DNA of 32,000 nt from Nitrosomonas europaea (GTDB lineage Bacteria > Pseudomonadota > Gammaproteobacteria > Burkholderiales > Nitrosomonadaceae). The stretch is taken from positions 90,001 to 122,000 of the forward strand of contig NZ_FUWK01000003.1 in assembly GCF_900167395.1 (NCBI RefSeq). Direction: 5' to 3'. The notes below the pieces were generated by a model. The model saw nothing but the letters and a program-made list of their open reading frames with translations, ran no database searches and was not told the origin of the DNA. Shown piece after piece: positions 9,915 through 20,311 of the stretch. The stretch's first letter is position 1; the number at the start of each line of letters is the position of its first letter. Made by a program: the position numbers and the translations under genes.

Positions 9915-11222
9915 ATGACGATCACTAACCAGCAACTATTCGAACGTTCCAGGCAATATATTCCGGGAGGAGTCAATTCACCCGTACGGGCTTTTAAATC
10001 CGTAGGAGGCACACCTGTTTTTTTTCAACGGGGGCAGGGCGCCTATTTCTGGGATGTGGAAGGAAAATCCTATATCGATTATGTCGGATCATGGGGGCCA
10101 CTCATTCTTGGGCATGCACATCCGGATGTCGTCAGGGCAGTCCAGATTGCAGCAGGACATGGTACCTCTTTTGGTGCGCCAACGGCTGCGGAACTGGAAA
10201 TAGCCGAGTTACTGTGCCGTTTGCTGCCTTCTCTGGAAATGGTACGGCTGGTGAGTTCCGGTACTGAAGCGGGAATGAGTGCCATTCGGCTGGCGCGTGG
10301 CTATACCGGCAGAAATCGGATCATTAAGTTTGAAGGCTGCTATCACGGGCATGATGATGCGCTGCTGGTCAAAGCCGGTTCCGGTGCGTTGACTTTTGGT
10401 CACCCCAGTTCAGCGGGAGTTCCTGCTGAGACGGCAGGCCATACCCTGGTATTGAACTATAACGATGTGGCAGGGGTAGAAGAAACTTTCAGCAAGATGG
10501 GTACTGAAATTGCAGCCGTGATTGTCGAGCCGGTGGCTGGCAACATGAATCTGATTAAAGCGACCTCTCAGTTTCTAGAGACATTGCGCACATTATGTAC
10601 GAAACATGGCAGTTTACTGATTCTGGATGAGGTGATGACCGGTTTCCGTGTGGGCTTGGAATGTGCGCAAGGATTATATGGTATCAAACCGGATCTGACC
10701 ATTCTGGGTAAGGTGATCGGAGGGGGACTACCTATGGCGGCCTTTGGTGGTCGGCGCGATGTGATGGAATGTCTTGCGCCGCTGGGATCGGTATACCAGG
10801 CAGGTACACTTTCCGGTAATCCGGTTGCCGTTGCTGCCGGATTGGAAACATTGCATCAGATCCAGGTACCTGGCTTCTTCGACAAATTGTCGACCATGAC
10901 TCGTAAACTGACCGAGGGGTTGACTGCGGTGGCTGCAAAACATAGTGTGGCGTTCTGTGCACAGGCGGTGGGTGGAATGTTTGGTCTTTATTTCAGAAAA
11001 TCTCCACCGGAAAGTTTTGCTGAAGTGATGGAGAGCGATCGTGAGGCATTCAACCACTTTTTTCATGCCATGCTGAAAGAGGGCGTATATTTCGCTCCTT
11101 CCGCATTCGAGGCAGGTTTCGTTTCTGCTGCGCACAGTAATGAGGAAATCGATAAAACATTGGCAGTGGCTGATCGGATATTTGGTCAGGGTATGCGAAG
11201 AACGGAGAAAGCAACTCTGTAG
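9915..11222 (+). CDS. hemL: glutamate-1-semialdehyde 2,1-aminomutase
   Basis: 435 aa. [35 protein letters not shown] and the PLP-lysine region [13 protein letters not shown]. Confidence 0.96.
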   Translation: MTITNQQLFERSRQYIPGGVNSPVRAFKSVGGTPVFFQRGQGAYFWDVEGKSYIDYVGSWGPLILGHAHPDVVRAVQIAAGHGTSFGAPTAAELEIAELLCRLLPSLEMVRLVSSGTEAGMSAIRLARGYTGRNRIIKFEGCYHGHDDALLVKAGSGALTFGHPSSAGVPAETAGHTLVLNYNDVAGVEETFSKMGTEIAAVIVEPVAGNMNLIKATSQFLETLRTLCTKHGSLLILDEVMTGFRVGLECAQGLYGIKPDLTILGKVIGGGLPMAAFGGRRDVMECLAPLGSVYQAGTLSGNPVAVAAGLETLHQIQVPGFFDKLSTMTRKLTEGLTAVAAKHSVAFCAQAVGGMFGLYFRKSPPESFAEVMESDREAFNHFFHAMLKEGVYFAPSAFEAGFVSAAHSNEEIDKTLAVADRIFGQGMRRTEKATL

Positions 11223-11341
11223 AATAAGCGAAAGGTTCAATCCATGCAGTTGATTGCCGTTTATATTTTGCCAGTTGGTTTACTGCGATTTCTCTGATTG
11301 TGGCAATATGTCCAATTCATATAAAGAATAATTAACGGGTT

Positions 11342-12121
11342 ATGTTTACTTGCTCTCTTTGTTTTCGGAAACTATTGATACTCTTGGCATTGGGTAGTGT
11401 ACTGTCGGCTTGTGCCACTGTGGATAATCGGCATGATCCTCTGGAATCGATGAACCGTGCGGTATTCTCGTTCAATGAGAAACTGGATGAAGTCGTGCTG
11501 GAGCCTGTTGCCAGGGGATATCAGCGGTTTATACCGTCTCCGGTTAGAATGATCGTTGGCAATTTTTTTTCCAATCTCGATGATGTCGTTGTTGCTGCCA
11601 ATTCGTTGCTGCAATTGAAGTTCATGGATGCAATGGCAAGCACAACACGTATCGTGATCAATACAACTTTTGGAATGTTGGGCGCTATCGATCTGGCCAG
11701 CGATATCAGTCAGGTGAGTGATATCGATATCAGTAAACGTAATGAAGATTTCGGCCAGACTTTGGGTTTCTATGGAATTGGTAGCGGCCCCTACCTCGTG
11801 TTACCGATACTGGGGCCCAGCACGGTAAGAGATACGGTAGGGATTGGTGTGGACAGTACCATTTTCCACCCGGCAAGAGCTATTTACACTAGCTTCGATC
11901 TGCTGACCGTACGTCTGCCCGTTACGACTGTCGAATTTATCGATCGGCGTGAACAATTACTGGATCTGGACAAAACGCTGGAGGAAGCTTCTCTGGATAA
12001 ATATGAGTTTGTCCGTGATGCCTATTTGCAAAGACGAGAGAGTCTGATAAAAAATGACGGTGCTGCTTCCGAAGAGGAGCCCGTGAATTTTGATGAAGAA
12101 GAGATAATAATCGATGATTGA
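11342..12121 (+). CDS. mlaA: MlaA/VacJ family outer-membrane lipoprotein
   Basis: Lipobox LSAC, then DPLE..NR..F.FN..LD..V..PVA..Y and GP..VLP.LGPST.RD. The C-terminal tail is acidic. Confidence 0.88.
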   Translation: MFTCSLCFRKLLILLALGSVLSACATVDNRHDPLESMNRAVFSFNEKLDEVVLEPVARGYQRFIPSPVRMIVGNFFSNLDDVVVAANSLLQLKFMDAMASTTRIVINTTFGMLGAIDLASDISQVSDIDISKRNEDFGQTLGFYGIGSGPYLVLPILGPSTVRDTVGIGVDSTIFHPARAIYTSFDLLTVRLPVTTVEFIDRREQLLDLDKTLEEASLDKYEFVRDAYLQRRESLIKNDGAASEEEPVNFDEEEIIIDD

Positions 12122-12155
12122 TTCGGTTAGGGCAGTTATATTGACGGTATTTCTG

Positions 12156-12192
12156 CCGGGGCTGGGTAAATTACCAGCCCCGGTTTTGTTTC
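12156..12192 (+). terminator. rho-independent terminator downstream of mlaA, abutting the htpX stop codon (possibly bidirectional)
   Basis: Perfect 10-bp GC-rich stem CCGGGGCTGG / CCAGCCCCGG (12156-12165 / 12174-12183) with an 8-nt loop, followed by TTTTGTTTC. Confidence 0.7.
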
Positions 12193-12193
12193 A

Positions 12194-13075
12194 TCAGGCA
12201 GATTGCAGTGCCTGGATTCGCTCTTCCAGAGGCGGGTGCGACATGAACAGACGCCCGATCTGGCTTTTTTGTCCGGAGATGCCAAAAGCAGCAATCTTGT
12301 CTGGCAAATGAGAAGGTTCATACTCCTGCTGCAACCGCCGCAGCGCAGCAACCATCTTGTTCCTTCCGGAAATCTGCGCACTGCCGGCATCCGCGCGGAA
12401 TTCACGCTGACGGCTGAACCACATCACGATAATCGTGGCAAGGATACCCAGCACCATTTGAGCGATCAGGCTGGTCACAAAATAAGCTGGCCCGTGCCCT
12501 TCTTCCGATTTGAAAACGGCGCGATCGACGATATGGCCGATGATCCGGGAGAGAAAAATCACGAAGGTATTCACGACCCCCTGGATCAATGCAAGCGTTA
12601 CCATGTCACCATTGGCAACATGGCTGACTTCGTGAGCCAGCACGGCCTCAGCCTCGTCCCGGTTCATTTTTTGCAACAATCCCGTACTGACTGCCACCAG
12701 CGCATTGTTCCGGTTCATTCCGGTAGCAAATGCGTTGATATCGGGTGAATCGTAGATCGCTACTTCAGGCATGCCTATTCCTGCCGCTTTTGCCTGACGA
12801 CGTACCGTTTCCACCAGCCAGCCCTCGGTTGAGTTGGAAGGCACATCAATGACCATGGCGCCGGTCATGTGTTTTGCACTCCACTTGGACATGGCAAGAG
12901 AAATGAGCGAGCCGCCAAATCCCAGTACGGCCGAGAAAACCAGCAGCGCATTAAAATTTAATTCACTGCCTTCGGCATCCAGTATGCGGTCAACGCCAAG
13001 CAGACGCAGGGTGATGCTCAGCATTAACAGTATGGCCAGGTTCGTTACTATAAAAAGAAAAATCCGTTTCATCAT
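12194..13075 (-). CDS. htpX: heat-shock membrane zinc protease HtpX
   Basis: 293 aa. M48 HEXXH motif ([12 protein letters not shown]), multiple TM segments and the typical MMKRI..F..TNLA N-terminus. Confidence 0.94.
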   Translation of the reverse strand: MMKRIFLFIVTNLAILLMLSITLRLLGVDRILDAEGSELNFNALLVFSAVLGFGGSLISLAMSKWSAKHMTGAMVIDVPSNSTEGWLVETVRRQAKAAGIGMPEVAIYDSPDINAFATGMNRNNALVAVSTGLLQKMNRDEAEAVLAHEVSHVANGDMVTLALIQGVVNTFVIFLSRIIGHIVDRAVFKSEEGHGPAYFVTSLIAQMVLGILATIIVMWFSRQREFRADAGSAQISGRNKMVAALRRLQQEYEPSHLPDKIAAFGISGQKSQIGRLFMSHPPLEERIQALQSA

Positions 13076-13377
13076 CCTCTTCCTTCAAGTTGATTGGTAC
13101 GCCTATCTGACTTTGAGAGTAATAAAAAATAATCGTTCAAGCCAAGCGCCTATATGGTGACATATTTCACAATATCAAGGGATGTGTGATTTCACGTAAC
13201 TCCCCCTGGTATGTCACTGGAATCCTCTTTGCTTGAGGTACAATAAAAACCTGGAAAATACGCTGGTTGCTGTACAAAATCTGAAATTACAGGCAGAGAT
13301 GTACAAAAAATTACCGGCTTCACCATTTAAGAAAAAGGGAGAAGTAAATTGACTGGAGTCAGGTGGGGTGTATCAAG

Positions 13378-14532
13378 ATGAATCAGCCGTCTGTGGTAGT
13401 GGTGGGAAGCGGATTGGCTGGTTATACGGTGGTACGTGAATTGCGGAAACTGGATGCCGCGGTACCGATTACTCTCCTGTCTGCCGATCACGGCAGTTTT
13501 TATTCAAAACCGATGTTATCCAATGCATTGGCAACGGGTAAAACGCCTGATTCGATTTTGAGTGCCGGTACCATGCAAATGTCCGGGCAACTGGATATTA
13601 CGGTGCGGCCTTATACCAGTGTCAACGCTATCGATGTTGCTGCAGGCAGTGTTTCTTTCGAAGAAGGCGGACAACTGACTTACGATCGACTCGTTCTGGC
13701 GCTGGGAGCTGACCCGATTCGCCTGCCGATACCGGGAGAAGGTGTGGATGAAATATTATCCGTCAATAATCTGGATGATTACCGCAAATTTCGTGAAGCC
13801 CTGGAAAGTAAGCGCCATATCGCCATATTGGGTGCCGGACTGATAGGTTGCGAGTTTGCCAATGATCTTGCAGCAAAAGGTTATCAGGTAAGTGTATTCG
13901 ACCTGAGCCCACAACCGTTAGGGCGATTGCTTCCTCCCGAGGCTGGCAGGTTCTTTCGCGATAAACTGACTGCAGCAGGGGTCAATTTTTTACTCGGTAC
14001 AACGGTCGAAAGAGTCAGTAAGGAAAACGGGTACTATCAGTTGTTCTACGAGGGTGGCAAAGTCGTTCAGGCAGACATGATCCTGTCCGCTGTGGGTCTG
14101 AGACCACGTACCCGCCTGGCTGCGGTTGCTGGAATTCAGGTGAATCGCGGCATTGCCGTGAATCGTTATTTGCAGACCAGTATTCAGAATATTTATGCTT
14201 TGGGAGATTGTGCAGAAGTGGAAGGAAAGGTTTTACCTTTCATTTTGCCGATTGCGCATGCGGGCAGGGCTCTGGCAGCGACGATTGCTGGCAATCCAAC
14301 GCTGCTGCACTACCCGGCGATGCCGGTAATGGTCAAGACGCCTGCATGTCCGACCGTCGTCTCACCTCCTGACCCTGCTGTACAAGGCGAATGGGAAGTC
14401 GTAGCGATCGAGAATGGCATGAAAGCGCTTTATCACGATGAAGCCGGTAATCTGCACGGCTTTGCCTTGCTCGGGACAGCAACGGTTGAGCGTAATACAC
14501 TGGCTTCCCGTTTGCCGCCTGTATTGGCATGA
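13378..14532 (+). CDS. FAD-dependent pyridine-nucleotide-disulfide oxidoreductase, rubredoxin-NAD(+) reductase-like
   Basis: Two dinucleotide folds (VVVGSGLAGY and IAILGAGLIGCEFANDL) plus the ALGDCAE motif. The length and pattern resemble RubB/AlkT-type reductases. I start at the ATG at 13378 (MNQPSVVVVGSG). Confidence 0.75.
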   Translation: MNQPSVVVVGSGLAGYTVVRELRKLDAAVPITLLSADHGSFYSKPMLSNALATGKTPDSILSAGTMQMSGQLDITVRPYTSVNAIDVAAGSVSFEEGGQLTYDRLVLALGADPIRLPIPGEGVDEILSVNNLDDYRKFREALESKRHIAILGAGLIGCEFANDLAAKGYQVSVFDLSPQPLGRLLPPEAGRFFRDKLTAAGVNFLLGTTVERVSKENGYYQLFYEGGKVVQADMILSAVGLRPRTRLAAVAGIQVNRGIAVNRYLQTSIQNIYALGDCAEVEGKVLPFILPIAHAGRALAATIAGNPTLLHYPAMPVMVKTPACPTVVSPPDPAVQGEWEVVAIENGMKALYHDEAGNLHGFALLGTATVERNTLASRLPPVLA

Positions 14533-14547
14533 ACAATGGTTGCTTAC

Positions 14548-14570
14548 GGTAAACCCGGTTTTACCTTTTC
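14548..14570 (+). terminator. weak candidate terminator after the reductase gene
   Basis: GGTAAA / TTTACC 6-bp stem with a 6-nt loop, followed by TTTTC. The stem is short and AT-rich. Confidence 0.3.
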
Positions 14571-14645
14571 TGGAGAAATGAAATCGAGCTTAGATGATTT
14601 TTCCGGAAATCGCAGAAAATTCATATGGATTGAGAGAAAACAGAC

Positions 14646-14948
14646 ATGCTTTATTTGATATATGGTGAGGATGTTCCCGATAGCTTGGCACAGCGGGTTG
14701 CCAGCCGCCCTGCACATCTGGCCAGAATTCGTGAATTGCAGGAGCAGGGAAGGCTGTTACTGGCTGGCCCATGTCCGGCGATAGATAGCATTGACCCGGG
14801 GCCGGCCGGGTTTACCGGAAGTCTGATAGTGGCTGAGTTTGCATCACTGGATGCTGCCCGGGAATGGGCAGACGCAGACCCGTATCTGCTGTCTGGCGTG
14901 TATGCAAAAGTAACCGTCAAGCCATTCAGGAAGGTTCTGCCTGAATAG
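14646..14948 (+). CDS. YciI family protein
   Basis: 100 aa. The layout is YciI-like: [22 protein letters not shown] ... [23 protein letters not shown]. Confidence 0.8.
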   Translation: MLYLIYGEDVPDSLAQRVASRPAHLARIRELQEQGRLLLAGPCPAIDSIDPGPAGFTGSLIVAEFASLDAAREWADADPYLLSGVYAKVTVKPFRKVLPE

Positions 14949-15103
14949 ACAGGCGGCAGTGACAGGGATTACGGATACATCCTTCAGGAAGTTTGTGAAA
15001 AATTTATCTGTTTCTGAAAAGGATTCATCTGTATTTTGTTAAGATGTATGCTTCTCAGATAAAATTTGTCAACCACTTAATACTATTCAATAAAGGAAAT
15101 TTT

Positions 15104-15898
15104 ATGCGCTTATCCAAGTTTCTCTGTGTGCCACTGACTGTTCTGGGGCTGGTCTGTGTTGCTCCTCTGAATGCCCAGAGCGGGGGGACAGTCGCCAAGG
15201 TCAACGGCGTAGCGATTCCGCAATCACGTCTCGACCTGGTAGTCAAGGCCGCAACAGCGCAGGGCCAGCCCGATTCGGCTGAAGTAAGGAACGCATTACG
15301 TGAAAATCTCATCACGGAAGAGATACTGGCGCAGGAAGCAATCAAGAAAGGGCTTGACCGTAGCCCGGAGGTGGTAACACAGATCGATCTCGCGCGCCAG
15401 GGCATACTGATCAGAGCATATCAGGCTGATTTCATGCGGAACAATCCGGTCAGCGACAGCGAATTGCGCAAGGAGTATGAATCAGTAAAAGCACAGATGG
15501 GCGACAAGGAATACAAAGCACGTCATATTCTTGTGGAAACCGAGCAGGAAGCCAAGGATCTGGTTGCGGCTCTCAAAAAAGGCAGTGCGTTCGATAAACT
15601 GGCGGGCGAACGTTCCATTGACACTGGCAGCAAGAGTAATGGTGGCGAACTGGGCTGGAGTTCAGCGGCTGTGTACGTCAAACCATTTGCTGATGCGCTG
15701 ATCAGACTGAAAAAAGGCGAAACCACCAGTCAACCGGTACAGAGCCCTTTTGGCTGGCACGTCATTCGTCTGGATGATGTCCGGACCGCTGTTCCGCCTT
15801 CCTTCGAGGAAGTAAAACAAAATATGCAGCAGCGGGTATTGCAGCGCAAGTTTGCAGCGGTGGTCGAATCACTGCGTAAAAACGCCAAAGTTGAATAA
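15104..15898 (+). CDS. periplasmic parvulin-type peptidyl-prolyl cis-trans isomerase (PpiC/Par27-like)
   Basis: Signal peptide MRLSKFLCVPLTVLGLVCVAPLNA, and a parvulin domain with YKARHILV, GGELGW and FGWHVIRLDDVR. I start at the ATG at 15104 rather than the track start at 15044. Confidence 0.88.
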   Translation: MRLSKFLCVPLTVLGLVCVAPLNAQSGGTVAKVNGVAIPQSRLDLVVKAATAQGQPDSAEVRNALRENLITEEILAQEAIKKGLDRSPEVVTQIDLARQGILIRAYQADFMRNNPVSDSELRKEYESVKAQMGDKEYKARHILVETEQEAKDLVAALKKGSAFDKLAGERSIDTGSKSNGGELGWSSAAVYVKPFADALIRLKKGETTSQPVQSPFGWHVIRLDDVRTAVPPSFEEVKQNMQQRVLQRKFAAVVESLRKNAKVE

Positions 15899-15916
15899 TC
15901 AGAATTCAATCAGTAG

Positions 15917-17005
15917 TCAGGGGATAGAGCTCACGGTTTGCACTCTCGGAGAAAGTGCAGCCAGGAGCTCGTAACTGATAGTTTGTGCTGATCTGGCAAC
16001 TTCTTCTACCGGTAACCCTTCACCCCAAAGGGTTACCAGGCTCCCTGCACCAGCTTCATTGATCCCGCTTAGATCAACAGTCAACATATCCATTGAAACA
16101 CGTCCGATCAAGCGTGTGCGTCGGCCGTTGACCAGTACCGGAGTTCCGGTAGGAGCATGGCGCGGGTACCCGTCCGCGTAACCTGCTGCAACGACTCCGA
16201 CACGCATCGGCTGATCGGCAACGAACTGTCCTCCATATCCCAGTCGATCCGAAAAATCAAGATGCTGTACAGCGATGATCCGGCTGGTCAGAGTCATGAC
16301 TGGTTGTAATCCGAGTTCGATACCTGTTTTGTCCGGTAAAGGGGAGGCGCCATAGAGTATTATGCCGGGACGTACCCAGTCTGCATGTGTTCCGGGATAA
16401 CGCAGGATTGCAGCAGAATTGGCCAATGTTCGGGGTATACAGCCTTCCCGTTTTTCCTCGAGTCGTGCAAAACTGCCCAGTTGCTGATCAACATGATCTG
16501 CTTCCAGTAAATCATCGGCGCAGGCAAAATGTGTCATCAGCGTGATACTGATATCTGTATGCCATTGTCTGAGCCTGTTCAAGACAGAATTTCCTTCTTC
16601 AGGCCTGAAACCAAGACGGTTCATCCCGGTATTGATTTTGAGGAAGATATCCGGTTTTCCTGTTTTTTTATGGGCCAGCAGCATCGATAGCTGTTCATGA
16701 CAGTGAATTACCGTGCTCAGCCTGTAGTGATTGATCGCTTCAATTTCCTCTATCGAAAAGAAACCTTCCAGGAGCAGAATGAGCTGGCTGAATCCGGCTT
16801 CTCTCAACTGAATCGCCGCTTCCAGTTCAAGTACCGCAAATCCGTCGACAGCATCAAGTGCCCGGGCGACACGAAGTAAACCGTGACCATAGGCATCAGC
16901 CTTGACGACGGCCATGATACGAGCCTGGTGAACGTGTCTGCGAACGACGGCGAGGTTGTGCCGTAAAGCAGCACAATTTATGAAGGCGCGGATCGGCCGG
17001 GACAT
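15917..17005 (-). CDS. alr: alanine racemase
   Basis: 362 aa. PLP-lysine motif VVKADAYGHG, plus later YGG and MDM motifs. Confidence 0.94.
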   Translation of the reverse strand: MSRPIRAFINCAALRHNLAVVRRHVHQARIMAVVKADAYGHGLLRVARALDAVDGFAVLELEAAIQLREAGFSQLILLLEGFFSIEEIEAINHYRLSTVIHCHEQLSMLLAHKKTGKPDIFLKINTGMNRLGFRPEEGNSVLNRLRQWHTDISITLMTHFACADDLLEADHVDQQLGSFARLEEKREGCIPRTLANSAAILRYPGTHADWVRPGIILYGASPLPDKTGIELGLQPVMTLTSRIIAVQHLDFSDRLGYGGQFVADQPMRVGVVAAGYADGYPRHAPTGTPVLVNGRRTRLIGRVSMDMLTVDLSGINEAGAGSLVTLWGEGLPVEEVARSAQTISYELLAALSPRVQTVSSIP

Positions 17006-17127
17006 TTATAGGGGATCAACCGAGCTGAAAAAGAGTCAGCAGCTCGCGGCTGGGATGGCCACGAAGCAAACAATAAATAACTGGCGTCACGATCAATTTT
17101 CAGATCGTCTCCAGGAAACAAACCGAG

Positions 17128-18516
17128 TCAATGTTTCAGCTCGATGTTACTGTTCCGGGGGTGTGTGGTTTCTGGTAGAGGTTGCGGATCCAGCACGGCA
17201 ATCGTCAGTGAATCATCGATCAGATATTTCTCGGCTACTTTCCTGATCTGTTCCGCGGTAACCGCCTGCAACCCCTCCAGAATGATATCTGCATCGCGGT
17301 GGGACAGCCCGACGCTTTCCAGTCTGCCAATCTGCATTGCCTGAGCAAATGTGGAATCGAGCTGATAAATATGGTTTGCCACTACCTGTGCCTTGACACG
17401 CGCAAGCTCTTCCTGTGTGACTCCGGACTGGATGATTTTGCCGATTTCAGTACGGATCGACTGCTCCAGATCATCCACCGTCTTGTCCTCGCTGGGCGCT
17501 CCATCGATGAAAAAAGTACCCGGGCCGCGTTCAATGGCATTATAGCTGGCGTCGGCCGAGATCGCGACACGTGTTTCGCGTACCAGCGTTTTGTTGAGTC
17601 TTGCAGAGGCATTGCCATCCAGCACCTCTGCCAGAATGGTCAGTGCATAGGGCTCCCATTCATTTTTCGGATCTTTCAGAACGGGGACTTTGTATCCCAT
17701 GATCAGATAGGGAAGTTGTGCAGAGGCTTTCACCACCAGGCGCTTGATTCCTGTTTGAGGTGGTTCGATTTGCGGCTTGCGTTCAGACAGAGCAGGGACC
17801 CTGGCGGCACTGAATCTGCCGTAATATTTCTTTGCCAGTACGAACACATTTTCCGGATCAACGTCACCCACCACCACCAGCACCGCATTATTGGGAGCAT
17901 ACCAGCGCTGGTACCAGTCCCTGGCGTCATTTACCTGCATATTCTCCAGATCGTTCATCCAGCCGATGACCGGACGCCGGTAAGGGTGTGTCTGAAAAGC
18001 CGTTGCCATCATCTTTTCATACAATAGTGAATGTGCCTGGTCATCGGTACGCAATCTTCTTTCTTCCATGACAACTTGTATTTCCTTGGCGAATGCTTCC
18101 TCCGTCAATTGCAAGTTGTGCATGCGATCGGATTCGAGCTCCATCGCCATCGGTAAGTGGCGCTGGTGCAGCTGCTGATAATAAGCAGTGTAGTCACGGC
18201 TGGTGAATGCATTCTCCTTGCCACCGATGGCAGCAATCTTTCTGGAAAATTCGCCAGCAAGCACACTGTCCGTTCCCTTGAACATCATGTGTTCCAGCGC
18301 GTGTGCAACACCGGTTGTGCCATTGACTTCGTCCATACTGCCGGCTTTATACCAGACCTGTTGAATAACGACGGGGGAACGGTGATCTTCTTTGACGACC
18401 AGTTTGAGACCGTTGTCGAGCAGATATTCATGTGAATTGGCTGTAGCCGGCAGCGGCCATGCCAATGTAATGCAAAGTAAAGTGGCGAAGTAGCTGAAAT
18501 GGAAACTGATTTTCAT
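17128..18516 (-). CDS. M16 (pitrilysin/insulinase) family zinc peptidase, secreted
   Basis: Inverted zinc motif HALEH (GVAHALEHMMFKGT). I start at the ATG at 18516, which gives the signal peptide MKISFHFSYFATLLCITLAWPLPATA. The track ORF extends to 18717 and overlaps the ftsY start region. Confidence 0.88.
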   Translation of the reverse strand: MKISFHFSYFATLLCITLAWPLPATANSHEYLLDNGLKLVVKEDHRSPVVIQQVWYKAGSMDEVNGTTGVAHALEHMMFKGTDSVLAGEFSRKIAAIGGKENAFTSRDYTAYYQQLHQRHLPMAMELESDRMHNLQLTEEAFAKEIQVVMEERRLRTDDQAHSLLYEKMMATAFQTHPYRRPVIGWMNDLENMQVNDARDWYQRWYAPNNAVLVVVGDVDPENVFVLAKKYYGRFSAARVPALSERKPQIEPPQTGIKRLVVKASAQLPYLIMGYKVPVLKDPKNEWEPYALTILAEVLDGNASARLNKTLVRETRVAISADASYNAIERGPGTFFIDGAPSEDKTVDDLEQSIRTEIGKIIQSGVTQEELARVKAQVVANHIYQLDSTFAQAMQIGRLESVGLSHRDADIILEGLQAVTAEQIRKVAEKYLIDDSLTIAVLDPQPLPETTHPRNSNIELKH

Positions 18517-18621
18517 GTCGTACTGGAAATTGAACAGACTTGGGTCGGGTGACCGGCACCACCCCGGTAACCGGTTGATGGTATGATATTTACCTTCCTG
18601 AAACAGAAACAGCCTACCAGA

Positions 18622-19620
18622 ATGTTTAGTATTTTTAAATCCAAAAAGAATCCTGATGAAAAAAATCCGGCTCAGGTTGAAACCAGGCCGGTCAGTTTTA
18701 CCGATAAGATCAGGCAAGGGCTGACACGTACACGACAGCAGCTTGGAAAGCAGTTATCCGGATTGTTCGGTGGCAGGAAAATCGATGAGGATTTGTACGA
18801 AGAGCTCGAAACTGCTTTATTGACGGCAGATACCGGAATCGAGGCGACAAACCGGTTGCTGGAGTCATTGCGCACTCGTGTCAGGCGTGATGCACTGGAT
18901 GATTCGGAACAGCTCAAAACAGTCTTGCAGGATGTGCTGACCGAACTGCTGCAGCCGCTGGAACGGCCACTGGTCACAACCGGGCATACACCTTTCGTGA
19001 TCATGATCGCGGGTGTGAATGGTGTTGGTAAAACTACGACCATCGGCAAGCTGGCCCATTATTTCCAGTCACAGGGACACTCCGTATTGCTGGCGGCGGG
19101 CGACACTTTTCGCGCGGCAGCACAGGAACAGCTCAAGGTATGGGGTGAACGTAACCAGATCACGGTCATTTCACAGGAAAGTGACCCGGGTAAAAAAAGT
19201 GATCCGGCAGCCGTGATTTTCGATGCAATCAATGCTGCCATTGCCAGAAAAATCGATATCGTCCTGGCTGATACCGCCGGTCGCCTGACGACCCAGCTTC
19301 ATCTGATGGAAGAAATCAGGAAAATCAAGCGGGTCATCGCTAAAGCTATCCCGGATGCGCCACACGAGGTATTACTGGTGTTGGATGCAAATACTGGTCA
19401 GAACGCCGTCAGCCAGTTAAAGGCTTTCAATGATGCGCTGGGCGTTACCGGGCTGGTCATGACCAAACTGGATGGAACTGCCAGGGGCGGAGTGATTGCT
19501 GCCATCGCTGCACAATTTACCGATACACCACCAGCACTGCGCTTCATCGGGGTGGGGGAGGGGCTGGATGATTTAAGGCCCTTCAATGCCCGTGAATTTG
19601 CTGAAGCACTGTTCGACTGA
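18622..19620 (+). CDS. ftsY: signal recognition particle receptor FtsY
   Basis: NG domain motifs GVNGVGKTTTIGK, DTAGR and TKLDGTARGG. I start at the ATG at 18622 (MFSIFKSKK). Confidence 0.95.
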   Translation: MFSIFKSKKNPDEKNPAQVETRPVSFTDKIRQGLTRTRQQLGKQLSGLFGGRKIDEDLYEELETALLTADTGIEATNRLLESLRTRVRRDALDDSEQLKTVLQDVLTELLQPLERPLVTTGHTPFVIMIAGVNGVGKTTTIGKLAHYFQSQGHSVLLAAGDTFRAAAQEQLKVWGERNQITVISQESDPGKKSDPAAVIFDAINAAIARKIDIVLADTAGRLTTQLHLMEEIRKIKRVIAKAIPDAPHEVLLVLDANTGQNAVSQLKAFNDALGVTGLVMTKLDGTARGGVIAAIAAQFTDTPPALRFIGVGEGLDDLRPFNAREFAEALFD

Positions 19621-19657
19621 CGTCTTTTGCCTTGTTTGAGTGTCCGGTATGGCGGCA

Positions 19658-20311
19658 ATGATCAGCTTCAACGATGTCAGTAAGTGTTATCCGGGAGGAT
19701 TTGAGGCACTCAAAGGCGTTACCCTGTCGATCGATCAGGGAGAGCTGATTTTATTTGCCGGGCATTCCGGTGCCGGTAAAAGCACATTGCTGAAGTTGAT
19801 TGCAGCCATAGAACGCCCGACTTCCGGAAGTATCATCGTTGGGCAGCAGAATATCGGTACACTCAGGCGCAGTGCCATTCCTTACTTGCGCCGGAATATC
19901 GGAATGATCTTTCAGGAACAGAAAATTCTGTACGATCGCAACGTCTTTGCCAACGTTATGCTGCCGCTGCAGGTGACTGGCTTCGATACCAGAACCAGTG
20001 CATCACGAGTGCGTGCCGCGCTGGATAAAGTTGGTCTGCTGGATAAGGAAAGAGCGGATCCGATTACCTTGTCGGGTGGTGAAAAACAGCGGTTGTGTAT
20101 TGCCCGTGCAGTTGTCCATCGTCCATCTCTCCTGATCGCCGATGAGCCTACCGCCAATCTCGATAGCAATTATGCACGGGACATCATGGCGGTATTCGAA
20201 TCATTCAACCAGGTGGGTGTCACCGTTCTCATTTCGACACACGACAGAATGCTGCTTGATTCGACCCGGCATCGTATCATCGAATTGAAACAGGGAAAGC
20301 TGGTCGCATGA
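19658..20311 (+). CDS. ftsE: cell-division ABC ATPase FtsE
   Basis: Walker A GHSGAGKST, signature LSGGEKQR and Walker B LLIADEP. MISFNDVSK resembles the usual FtsE N-terminus. The track start is a GTG at 19640. Confidence 0.93.
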   Translation: MISFNDVSKCYPGGFEALKGVTLSIDQGELILFAGHSGAGKSTLLKLIAAIERPTSGSIIVGQQNIGTLRRSAIPYLRRNIGMIFQEQKILYDRNVFANVMLPLQVTGFDTRTSASRVRAALDKVGLLDKERADPITLSGGEKQRLCIARAVVHRPSLLIADEPTANLDSNYARDIMAVFESFNQVGVTVLISTHDRMLLDSTRHRIIELKQGKLVA

